The position numbers and the translations under genes were made by a program. From Bacteroidales bacterium (GTDB taxonomy: Bacteria > Bacteroidota > Bacteroidia > Bacteroidales > GCA-2748055), in NCBI GenBank assembly GCA_029938715.1, contig JAOZUK010000008.1, forward strand, positions 5,511 through 69,510: 64,000 nt of DNA, read 5' to 3'. Under the pieces are notes generated by a model. The model was not told the DNA's origin. It did no database searches and was given only the letters and a program-made list of their open reading frames with translations. Shown piece after piece: positions 10,704 through 19,278 of the stretch (position 1 is the first letter of the stretch; each line of letters begins with the position of its first letter).

Positions 10704-11978
10704 TTACACTTCCAATTCATTGAAAAGTTGTGCGGTTTTTCGCTTGTAGATGGCAAAGCCTGCCAGAGCGCTTCCCATTACCGTGGCTAGTACTCCGGGT
10801 ATAAACCCTACCACATACATGGAAGGAGTAACGACTGCTCTGAAAACGGTAGGCATCATCACTCCCAAATTATCCATCATACCCGAAAAATCAACTCCAT
10901 GAGCCTGTAAGCGGTAAGAAAGGGCCAGCCCGAAGATTGTGCCCACGATTGAGCCGATTATTCCAATCAGTACAGCTTCCCACAATGTGGTTCGGTAGAT
11001 ATGCTTCTTCTCTTCCCCCAGGGCCAGTCTTACTCCAAACTCACTGTATCGACGCAGTCCGCCCAGTAGGCCTGTATTCCATAAAACAATGGACATGGCA
11101 ATAATGAATATAAAGACCATCATGCCCACCATATTTTCAGCAATGGCCAGGTAATCTGCCATGCCTGCGGCTTCGGCCAGGCGAATCATCTTAGGAGAAA
11201 ATTCGTCCTCTTCCAGACTGTATTTCTCATTATAAGATGTTGCCAGGGCCATTGCCTCTTCATCGATGTAGGGTTGATTATTGAAATAACCCAGGATCTC
11301 AGTGGCTCCGTCTTCCATATCCATGGCCAACTGGGCATCTTTGATATCAATAAAAATGGCTCCCCTGTCAAGCAGGGTATTCCCGAAGCGAATGGTTCCG
11401 CTGACTGTGAAGGTGTAGAACATCATACTGCCATTCATGGTTGAACCAAAAAGGGTTACCTCGTCGCCAATTGCTACTTCAAATTTTTCGGCAAAATCGT
11501 CACTAATCAAAGTCTCTCCCGGCTGGTCGGGAAGTTCTCCTTTTACGATGGCATCTGGAATATTCAAACGATCCACCTCCCTGCTTTCAGGTGAAAGAAG
11601 GTCTATGGCCGTAACCATGGCCGGGCCCTGTCCTCTGGTTTCACCGTTCTCATCAGGTACGTCCAGAAGTCCTCCGGAACGAATTCGCTCCACCCATTCC
11701 ATATCGGGATACTCAACATACAGCTGTTTCTTCAATGAAGCAACATCCAGCAGGGCCAGGTCGAGCGGAGCCTGGCCGGAATTTTCATCATAGGCCCGGG
11801 TCATTATTTTCACATGTCCTGACGAAAAGCGGGCATTCATGTCGATCATGTCTCCCATGATTCCCTGGAACCAGCCACTCATAAATACAGTCAGAAATAC
11901 GCCAAGGGCTACCACGATAACCGGCAGGAGGCTCCGGCTTCTGTCCCTTAATATTCCTTTTAGCAGAAATCGTATCAT
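10704..11978 (-). CDS. ABC transporter permease, FtsX/MacB type
   Basis: 424 aa with one N-terminal TM, a large periplasmic domain and a C-terminal FtsX 3-TM bundle. Overlaps the upstream permease gene by 4 nt. Confidence 0.85.
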   Translation of the reverse strand: MIRFLLKGILRDRSRSLLPVIVVALGVFLTVFMSGWFQGIMGDMIDMNARFSSGHVKIMTRAYDENSGQAPLDLALLDVASLKKQLYVEYPDMEWVERIRSGGLLDVPDENGETRGQGPAMVTAIDLLSPESREVDRLNIPDAIVKGELPDQPGETLISDDFAEKFEVAIGDEVTLFGSTMNGSMMFYTFTVSGTIRFGNTLLDRGAIFIDIKDAQLAMDMEDGATEILGYFNNQPYIDEEAMALATSYNEKYSLEEDEFSPKMIRLAEAAGMADYLAIAENMVGMMVFIFIIAMSIVLWNTGLLGGLRRYSEFGVRLALGEEKKHIYRTTLWEAVLIGIIGSIVGTIFGLALSYRLQAHGVDFSGMMDNLGVMMPTVFRAVVTPSMYVVGFIPGVLATVMGSALAGFAIYKRKTAQLFNELEV

Positions 11979-13147
11979 TGTAGTTTTCCTTTTAAAGCTT
12001 CAGTTGGTTTCATTTTTGATATTTTCCTGGCAGGGAGATAGCTCACTATGGTGGCAGTTACTACCACAATCATAATGGTCATCAGGATCAGCCGGAAACT
12101 ATAATAGGGGAAAATGGCTTCTGCCACGGGAATGTCGAAAGCCATATCTTCCGCATAGCCCATACCGATACCGTTTTTATTTAACAGCAGGAGCAAGGGG
12201 ATGCCATAGGCAGCTCCCAGTAGTATAGCCAGGATGCTATGTGCACCACCTTCAACCGTAAATATGCCAACCACCTGAGCCCGGGTCATACCGAGAGCAA
12301 TGTAGGTACCGATCTCCTTTTGCCTGCGAAAGATGGAGAGTACCTGGGTATCAAAAATTGCAATAAGGGCAATGATCAGGAGCAAGCCCTGCAGGACGGA
12401 TCCCCCCATCTTCTTCGAGTCAATGATTGCTTGAAGATCTGCCAGCAAAAATTCATTGTCCTTGAAATCCCAGCCTTCCAGTTCACGCATTTCGAATGTC
12501 TCTCCGGCTACCAGCAGGGTTGCCTCATTTTCCATGGCAAGCATTTCCTGGAGATTAGAAAGGGCAATATAAACCTGCCCGTTATCGACAGAAGGAACAT
12601 CACATTTGAATACATCTGCAATTTCCACTTCCCGGGCATCGAAGGTGCCATTCTTATCTCTCCAACGTAGCAGGAGCTTGTCGCCTACCTCAAGGTTGGC
12701 TGAATGGGCCATGCTCTTTCCGATAATAGCGTAGTCTATCCCATCTGACTGTGGCAGTTTGGATGAAGGAAGCTCCAGAACCTCCTGTTCCGGATCAATC
12801 CCCCTGAGGGTAACACTCATGGCGCGACCCTGCGGATAGGCTGTTGCCTGAGAAACCAGAACCGGTGCGAGAGTTTTGTTTTCTATCTCTTTCAGGATAT
12901 CCTCCGAAATGGGAGCATGAGAGTCTTCGATGGTAAAAGGATCATATTTGTCATAGGCAGGGTGCCAGAATTGTCCTACACCAGTTTCCCATGCAGCAGT
13001 ATCCCTTTGCGCCTGTCGGTTCCAGCCATCAATCATCCCATTATAGAAGATAATGAGCACAAAGGCGAATGACAGGGCAAGTACATTGAGCCAGGTTCTT
13101 AAACCTGCACCCAGTAAATTTTTAAATGCCAGTTTTAATGAGAGCAT
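11975..13147 (-). CDS. ABC transporter permease, FtsX/MacB type
   Basis: 390 aa with the same architecture as its neighbour. Confidence 0.85.
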   Translation of the reverse strand: MLSLKLAFKNLLGAGLRTWLNVLALSFAFVLIIFYNGMIDGWNRQAQRDTAAWETGVGQFWHPAYDKYDPFTIEDSHAPISEDILKEIENKTLAPVLVSQATAYPQGRAMSVTLRGIDPEQEVLELPSSKLPQSDGIDYAIIGKSMAHSANLEVGDKLLLRWRDKNGTFDAREVEIADVFKCDVPSVDNGQVYIALSNLQEMLAMENEATLLVAGETFEMRELEGWDFKDNEFLLADLQAIIDSKKMGGSVLQGLLLIIALIAIFDTQVLSIFRRQKEIGTYIALGMTRAQVVGIFTVEGGAHSILAILLGAAYGIPLLLLLNKNGIGMGYAEDMAFDIPVAEAIFPYYSFRLILMTIMIVVVTATIVSYLPARKISKMKPTEALKGKLQ

Positions 13148-13151
13148 GATT

Positions 13152-13859
13152 TCAGTTTTTTGAATTCTTCATGAGTTCGTCCTTCACGATCTGTCCGTCT
13201 TCAAGAGAGACTTTCCGGTTCAGATATTGCATCACCTTTTCATCATGGGTAGCAAATATAAAAGTGGTATTCAGCTCCTTATTCAGACTCTTCATGGTCT
13301 GAAGAATGTGATGGGAATTTTTGGAATCCAGGTTGGCCGTGGGTTCATCGGCCAGCACAATTTCGGGTCTCTTTACCATCGAGCGGGCAATGGCCACACG
13401 CTGGCATTCACCTCCTGACAGCATAGCGGGTTTTGATTTGATCTTATCGGTTAATCCCACCCACTCAAGTGCGTCAGTTACAGCTTTTTTGCGTGCATTT
13501 GATGAAAGTTTCTGCAGCAACAGGGCAAACTCTACATTCTCATACACCGTGTATACAGGCAGCAGGTTATAGGTCTGAAAGATAAAGCCAATGTGCCTGT
13601 TCCTGAGTTTAGACGATTGCTTATGACTCAGGGATGCAATGGAGTTATCAAGCACGGTCACCACTCCCTCGGAGGGAGTATCCAGGGAACCAATTATATT
13701 AAGTAAGGTGGTCTTGCCCGATCCACTGGGACCCACCAGGCCCAGGAATTCACCTCTGTCAATAGTGAGATTCACGTTATTCAGTGCTGTAAATTCCGAT
13801 CTCCCCACAGGGAAACGTTTTACCAGTTTTTCAATTCTAATAATTGAGGAATTTTCCAT
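13152..13859 (-). CDS. ABC transporter ATP-binding protein (LolD/MacB-like)
   Basis: Walker A GPSGSGKTT, signature LSGGECQRVAIAR, Walker B IVLADEPT. I moved the start to the MENSSIIRIEKL ATG at 13859 so it does not overlap the upstream gene. Confidence 0.9.
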   Translation of the reverse strand: MENSSIIRIEKLVKRFPVGRSEFTALNNVNLTIDRGEFLGLVGPSGSGKTTLLNIIGSLDTPSEGVVTVLDNSIASLSHKQSSKLRNRHIGFIFQTYNLLPVYTVYENVEFALLLQKLSSNARKKAVTDALEWVGLTDKIKSKPAMLSGGECQRVAIARSMVKRPEIVLADEPTANLDSKNSHHILQTMKSLNKELNTTFIFATHDEKVMQYLNRKVSLEDGQIVKDELMKNSKN

Positions 13860-13869
13860 TGTACTTGAT

Positions 13870-15018
13870 TTAATGATTGAATACAAACATAAGTTGAATG
13901 CCTCTTCCAGCATATAGATTCTGAATGGTCTCCTGGGTTGGTATCCTGTAATCGTCTGGATTCCAGTAGGCCATTAGATACATGGTGAGGTGTTTAAATG
14001 ACCTTTCCCAGTTAATAAAGTTATAGATGCTGTTGTTATCCCAGTCATAGTAGATAATGCCACTGATGTTATCAAAAAGACCAATGGGATAGGAGATGGA
14101 CATCAGCGAAAATGTGGTGCTGTTTTGAAAATGAAACGCCTTTTGGTCATAGGCAACCAGTAATTGTTCGAAGATTACATAAAGGCCGTTTCCCACCCCA
14201 AAGGTATAGTCCGCTCCTATGTTGAGGAGTTCCTGGTTGGTGAAGGCGCCCAGGTCCTCGCTGTTGTTTACCCAGGATCCCTCTAGCCAGGCACCTACTA
14301 CCAGGTCCATCCGGACATCAAATCCTATGCGGTTCTCCTGGACCCGGGAATATTCCGGTAATACCCCGTTTAAACCCCTGGTGTCTGAAACTCTGTGATG
14401 GTATGAGAGGGCAGCCTCTCCGGCAGGAATGGGTGATTGGAACCGGCCTCCGAACTCAGGGATGCCCTGGGTTGTACCTGCAAAATCCCAACCTCTGGGA
14501 TCCTGATTCCCGTAGAGGCTCCATAACCAGAGATTGGCATTGTTCAGAAAATAGTAGCGGGCCAACACTCCCCACACGCCGTCGGTAAGGCCCAGGGGAT
14601 CACGGGGATCCACCTCATCAAACCACATGAGGGGGCGAAGCAGGTGGGCAGATCCGAAATTGATCTTTTGCAGACCGACCCTCACTTCAAATTGCCTGCT
14701 GGAGTATCGTCCCCACACACGATATGGTTTAATGCTTCCATTTGAGCTGATGGTATCAAATGGGTGAAAACCAAAGTTGCCGCTGATGTTGGCAGAGGCC
14801 TCAAAGTCGATGAGCTTATCATCTGGTAGTTGTATCTCATAATTGAGCTGTGGGATATACCGCCCTCCCATATAGATGGGCAAGTCCAGTCCTCCATTGT
14901 ACAGGGTCCATGCTGATAACTGGCCCTTGAATGTGAGGCTGTCCTGAGACTGAGCGAACAATCTCCCCGGGATGGCCAGAAAAAGCCCTATAAACCATAT
15001 GGACCTAAAGCGATACAT
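13870..15018 (-). CDS. hypothetical outer-membrane beta-barrel/porin-like protein
   Basis: Start taken at MYRFRSIWFIGLFLAIPGRLFAQ (signal peptide). The sequence has an alternating aromatic/Gly-rich beta-strand pattern. No family recognised. Confidence 0.5.
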   Translation of the reverse strand: MYRFRSIWFIGLFLAIPGRLFAQSQDSLTFKGQLSAWTLYNGGLDLPIYMGGRYIPQLNYEIQLPDDKLIDFEASANISGNFGFHPFDTISSNGSIKPYRVWGRYSSRQFEVRVGLQKINFGSAHLLRPLMWFDEVDPRDPLGLTDGVWGVLARYYFLNNANLWLWSLYGNQDPRGWDFAGTTQGIPEFGGRFQSPIPAGEAALSYHHRVSDTRGLNGVLPEYSRVQENRIGFDVRMDLVVGAWLEGSWVNNSEDLGAFTNQELLNIGADYTFGVGNGLYVIFEQLLVAYDQKAFHFQNSTTFSLMSISYPIGLFDNISGIIYYDWDNNSIYNFINWERSFKHLTMYLMAYWNPDDYRIPTQETIQNLYAGRGIQLMFVFNH

Positions 15019-15022
15019 GATG

Positions 15023-15604
15023 TTAATCGTGTGGAGTAATTCCGTATAGAAACAGATTTGTGAGCTCCATAACAAGCTCCTGAGGGGTATCGAAATAGGT
15101 CATCAGCTCATCGTTCATAACCGACTCCGTGGTCTTACTGATGTAGCTAAAGAAGAAGGGGATATTCAGATCTTTTCTGATCCACCCATCTTCCTTTCCC
15201 TTATTGTACACATTAATAATCTCAGCAAATATCTTTTTGGTTTTCTCTTCCATGTATGTTTTGAGCCCCTCCTCAGGATTGACATAGAGATCTTTAATAA
15301 ATTCCTCGCCGATTCCCTTGATGCTATCGGATTTCAGTTGAAGAATTTTTTTAAATGTCTTTTCCGGCGTCTCATGATCTTCAGAAAGCTTTCTGATCAT
15401 AACCAGGTTTTTCTCGATAATTGCGTCCAGGATGGTGGTGGCCAGCTTCAACTTGTTGGGAAAAAACTTGTAGAAGGTCATTTTACTGACCCCTGCTTCC
15501 CTGCAGATCTCCTCGATGGTCACCCTCTTGAAGCCAAACTTCCAGAATAGCTCTTTTCCGGTGGCCAGGATCTGGGTTCTTTTCGGATTGGACGTAAAGC
15601 TCAT
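15023..15604 (-). CDS. TetR/AcrR-family transcriptional regulator
   Basis: N-terminal HTH (VTIEEICREAGVSKMTFYKFFPNK). First gene of the ABC cluster. Confidence 0.9.
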   Translation of the reverse strand: MSFTSNPKRTQILATGKELFWKFGFKRVTIEEICREAGVSKMTFYKFFPNKLKLATTILDAIIEKNLVMIRKLSEDHETPEKTFKKILQLKSDSIKGIGEEFIKDLYVNPEEGLKTYMEEKTKKIFAEIINVYNKGKEDGWIRKDLNIPFFFSYISKTTESVMNDELMTYFDTPQELVMELTNLFLYGITPHD

Positions 15605-15641
15605 AACTATACGAATAATGTAAATATATACTTAATACGTA

Positions 15642-15649
15642 CAAATATA
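15642..15649 (-). promoter_or_regulatory. candidate -7 box (TATATTTG on the minus strand) upstream of the TetR-ABC operon
   Basis: TAnnTTTG match 38 nt upstream of the TetR ATG. It is embedded in an imperfect inverted repeat (ATACGAATAATGT / ACTTAATACGTAC) that could be the TetR operator. Confidence 0.3.
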
Positions 15650-15750
15650 TGATAAAAGTATTCGGTTGTCAAGAGAAATTGGAGATTTCTCAGATTTTGT
15701 AACTTACCTGTATGGAAGGAATTGGGTATACCATTACTGTGGATACTACT

Positions 15751-15798
15751 GAAAACAGAATCCCTGTCCGGATTAACATGGTTAACCTGAACAGGGAT
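15751..15798 (-). terminator. intrinsic terminator of asnB
   Basis: Hairpin at 15760-15798: 18 stem positions (ATCCCTGTCCGGATTAAC / GTTAACCTGAACAGGGAT), 2 of them mismatched, with a 3-nt loop. On the minus strand it is followed by TCTGTTTTC. It lies 24 nt after the asnB stop. Confidence 0.5.
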
Positions 15799-15821
15799 CT
15801 CAGAAGTTAGCTCGAAAAATG

Positions 15822-17408
15822 TTAATCTCCGCTTTTACCGTAGTTGGGCAGCACCCTGGCACTGGGATCATTTACATCACAGTTCTCCCACTCTTTATTA
15901 GGCATCCAGAAATCAGCCACGGTCTTTGAACAACCAGGGAAATGACTTTCAAATATATCTCTGTACATCAGCGATTCTTTTGAGATGGGAGTAGCATGCT
16001 GATATTTATATTTAGCTGTAGCCAGGTCATCATCACTGTACATCTCCTCTGCATAAGCTTTTAGGTTATCAACCACGCTATGCCCCACTGCATCTGAAAA
16101 TGCCGCTTTCTCTCTATATAAGATATCATGTGGCAGGTAATCTCCTTCAAATGCCATGCGAAGCAGGTATTTACCCACTCCAGTATAGTTCATTTTTTTC
16201 TCGGGCGGAATACTCATTACATATTCAACAAAATCAAGATCACCAAAAGGTACCCTGGCCTCAAGCCCGTTGGAGGAGATACTCCTGTCAGCCCTCAGAA
16301 CGTCGTACATATAGATTTCGGTCAGCCTTTTTTCTGCTTCTTTCTGAAAGGCATCGGGTGAAGGGGCAAAATCGGTATACTTATAGCCAAAAATCTCGTC
16401 GCTGATCTCACCAGTCATCAATACCTTTACATCGGTGTTTTCGGAGATGTACTTGCTTACAAGGAACATCCCCATGGAAGCCCTGATGGTGGTAATGTCA
16501 TAGGACTCAATGTTAAAAATCAGGGTACTCAGGGTATCAAAAATATCCTGCTTTGTGAACAGTACCTCTGTGTGATCAGCACCTAGGTAATCGGCAACAA
16601 TCCGGGCATATTTGGTATCGATGGGATCCTTATCAATTCCCACAGCAAAAGTTTTAATGGGTTTATCCATCATTCTGGCAGCAATGGCACAAACCAGGCT
16701 GGAGTCAAGGCCTCCACTGCAAAGAAAACCCACAGGAACATCTGCGTGGAGTCGTTTTTCGACACCTTTTGTAAGCAATTCGTTGATCCTTTGGAATACC
16801 TGTTCAGTATCGTCATCAACAAACTCTTTGACCTCGGCAATATCACGGTAACATACAAATTTGTCACCGTCGTAAATGTATCCGGGAGGGAAGGGTTTCA
16901 CATCCTGACACAGCTCACTGAGAGCCTTCATTTCACTGGCAAACATGATCTTGCCATCTGATGCATAGCCGTAAAACATGGGGCGAATTCCCACTGGGTC
17001 CCTGGCAGCAAAATACTTATCTACTTCAGCGTCATAAAGAACACATACAAATTCGGCATCCAGTCTTCTGGCAGTCTCTTCCATCCCCAGTTCTTTGAAC
17101 ATGGGAATGATGACTTCACAATCACTTTCTGATTGAAATTCATACCTGTCCGTGTACTCTTCCATCAACGTCTGATAGTTATAGACTTCACCATTGGCCA
17201 CCAGGTGAAGGTTATTGGATATGAGTGGCTGGTTGCCATCGTCAGATGTATCAATGATCTTTAACCGGTGAAAACCCATCCAACCTTTGTCTCCGAAATC
17301 AGCGGCAACGCTATTGTCTGGTCCACGGTACTTAATTTTTTGAAATTCGCTGGCTACACTTAGCCTGAGCATTTTGTCTCCTCCCGTATAGACTGAAAAT
17401 CCGCACAT
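15822..17408 (-). CDS. asnB: asparagine synthase (glutamine-hydrolysing)
   Basis: MCG N-terminal nucleophile, PP-loop SGGLDSS, 528 aa. Confidence 0.9.
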   Translation of the reverse strand: MCGFSVYTGGDKMLRLSVASEFQKIKYRGPDNSVAADFGDKGWMGFHRLKIIDTSDDGNQPLISNNLHLVANGEVYNYQTLMEEYTDRYEFQSESDCEVIIPMFKELGMEETARRLDAEFVCVLYDAEVDKYFAARDPVGIRPMFYGYASDGKIMFASEMKALSELCQDVKPFPPGYIYDGDKFVCYRDIAEVKEFVDDDTEQVFQRINELLTKGVEKRLHADVPVGFLCSGGLDSSLVCAIAARMMDKPIKTFAVGIDKDPIDTKYARIVADYLGADHTEVLFTKQDIFDTLSTLIFNIESYDITTIRASMGMFLVSKYISENTDVKVLMTGEISDEIFGYKYTDFAPSPDAFQKEAEKRLTEIYMYDVLRADRSISSNGLEARVPFGDLDFVEYVMSIPPEKKMNYTGVGKYLLRMAFEGDYLPHDILYREKAAFSDAVGHSVVDNLKAYAEEMYSDDDLATAKYKYQHATPISKESLMYRDIFESHFPGCSKTVADFWMPNKEWENCDVNDPSARVLPNYGKSGD

Positions 17409-17448
17409 AATTCAATGTTTTTATTACAAATTCATAGTAAATAGGGTT

Positions 17449-17456
17449 CAAATATA
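17449..17456 (-). promoter_or_regulatory. candidate -7 box (TATATTTG on the minus strand) upstream of asnB
   Basis: TAnnTTTG match about 40 nt upstream of the asnB ATG. Confidence 0.3.
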
Positions 17457-17534
17457 TGAAATTATAATTAAAAACAACAAAAAAATGACAAAAACAACTT
17501 TTAATGGCTTGTTGAGTAATAAATCGTAAGTTGA

Positions 17535-19274
17535 TTATAATTCAATTACCAGCTGCTGGTTCTTGGCTTTTAAGGATGAATAATCCACTGCTATGGTTCC
17601 TTTACCCGCAATCAGGAACTGGTATTCTACCTTCCCAAATCCTGGCATGTGGATGAATTGAATTTGAGGCTTGTGTTCTTTATATACAGCCTGATTCATA
17701 TGAGCATCCTTCAACTCACCTCCAGCTACCACATCTACTGAAGCTCCTGAAACTTTCAATATATCTTTTCTATGGGACTTGTTTTTAAGAGACTGATAGG
17801 TCAGAGTAGGAATGGCATTGTCGTTTAAAAGCCTGATACGAATCTGGTAAAGATCTTTTCCAATTTTCTTTTTCTCCATTAGCTCCATCTTAATTTCAGG
17901 AGTTTGAGCGGCTGAGAAGATAACAGAACTGGCGTTGCGATGAACCAGATCCTGCAGCATGAAAGGGTGGGGTAGCCTGGAACTCATTTTGGTCCACCCA
18001 CCGATCTCAATTTCCCCATAAAGAGGATGGTGAAATGGGGTCCATGACTTATAAAGCTCACCCTGGGCCACATGGTCATTAAACTTCAGGCGTTGGTGAT
18101 TGGTATCATCGGGCCCCGATTCCCGGTTACGTTCACCTGGTTTTTTCAACTCTTTGTTAAGGGCATAGGTCTCAGATTGAGATTGGAACAATTCGCCCAC
18201 AAATCCATAAGACCCAATGATGTTGGTTGTAAATCCTGTAAAGTCCCCATAGGTAGAGTAGAGGTCCTTCCATACCAGTAAATAGCGGTATCCGGGAGTA
18301 ATCATCTCGCTGTTCTCTCCCAGATAGTCATACACCTTCAGATCTCCTGAAGGAAATTCTCCCTCTGCTTTGGTTGAGGGACCTCTTAGAAACATCCCTC
18401 CTGCATTGTGAAAAGCCCAGACCATGATCACATTGGGTCGCTCGAGCAGATAGTTTGCTATGGCTTTCAATCCCGTGCCCGAAAGAGGGTAGTATCCTGC
18501 TCCCCTCTGGATATAGTTGGGTTTCCAGTTATACCCCCAGTTTCGGTTGGGGTCCACATAACCCTCGTTATCCTCATTGATCCTGCCATCACCATCGTTA
18601 TCAATTCCCTCTCTTCCAAGGAGAATCCATTCGCCCTTCTCTCCGGGCTTCACGCGGACCATCAATCTGGAATCGAAAGGATCGGTTCGGTGGGTACCGT
18701 TGGGATCCCTTTTTCTCATGTCACATATGTTGCCATCGCCATCCAGATCGTCATAAGGATCTTCATCGAATAGTCCGTCTTTATCATCATCTTTGGGTCT
18801 GCGAATGCTTCTGCTCGAACTGGAGGTATTTGCATCCTTAAAAAAATGGTATCGTCCATCCACATTGACGGCCGGAATGATATAGAAACTGTTTTTATCC
18901 ACCAGTGAAGTAATCTGGTCATTTTCGCCGTAACTGGTGAGCAACCTGTTGGCCAGGTAGAGACAAACCTCTCCGGCCTGAACTTCATTGCCATGAATGT
19001 TACCGTCCACATATACACCTGGTTTGGACAGGTGATCGCCCGTATTTGGATTTGAGATGGTCAGTGCATAGATAGCTCTTTTCTCATCGCTGTAACCTAC
19101 CAGGTCCAGCGAGGTGAGATTTGGATATTCGCGGTGAAGTGCCTTTATGGCTTCAACCAGCTGGTCGTAATCATAGTAGCGGTCAAACCGAAGAGGGACT
19201 CCTATATCCTGTGCGGAGATGGATCCTGAAACAATAATTCCCAAAGCGAATAATAATATGAAGCTCTTTTTCAT
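17535..19274 (-). CDS. secreted M14-family zinc carboxypeptidase-like protein (ligands intact)
   Basis: Signal peptide. Has HxxE (NIHGNEVQAGE) and a downstream His (WAFHNAGG). Asp-rich Ca-binding-like loops are present (DDDKDGLFDEDPYDDLDGDGN, DNDGDGRINEDNEG). Confidence 0.8.
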   Translation of the reverse strand: MKKSFILLFALGIIVSGSISAQDIGVPLRFDRYYDYDQLVEAIKALHREYPNLTSLDLVGYSDEKRAIYALTISNPNTGDHLSKPGVYVDGNIHGNEVQAGEVCLYLANRLLTSYGENDQITSLVDKNSFYIIPAVNVDGRYHFFKDANTSSSSRSIRRPKDDDKDGLFDEDPYDDLDGDGNICDMRKRDPNGTHRTDPFDSRLMVRVKPGEKGEWILLGREGIDNDGDGRINEDNEGYVDPNRNWGYNWKPNYIQRGAGYYPLSGTGLKAIANYLLERPNVIMVWAFHNAGGMFLRGPSTKAEGEFPSGDLKVYDYLGENSEMITPGYRYLLVWKDLYSTYGDFTGFTTNIIGSYGFVGELFQSQSETYALNKELKKPGERNRESGPDDTNHQRLKFNDHVAQGELYKSWTPFHHPLYGEIEIGGWTKMSSRLPHPFMLQDLVHRNASSVIFSAAQTPEIKMELMEKKKIGKDLYQIRIRLLNDNAIPTLTYQSLKNKSHRKDILKVSGASVDVVAGGELKDAHMNQAVYKEHKPQIQFIHMPGFGKVEYQFLIAGKGTIAVDYSSLKAKNQQLVIEL

Positions 19275-19278
19275 GATT

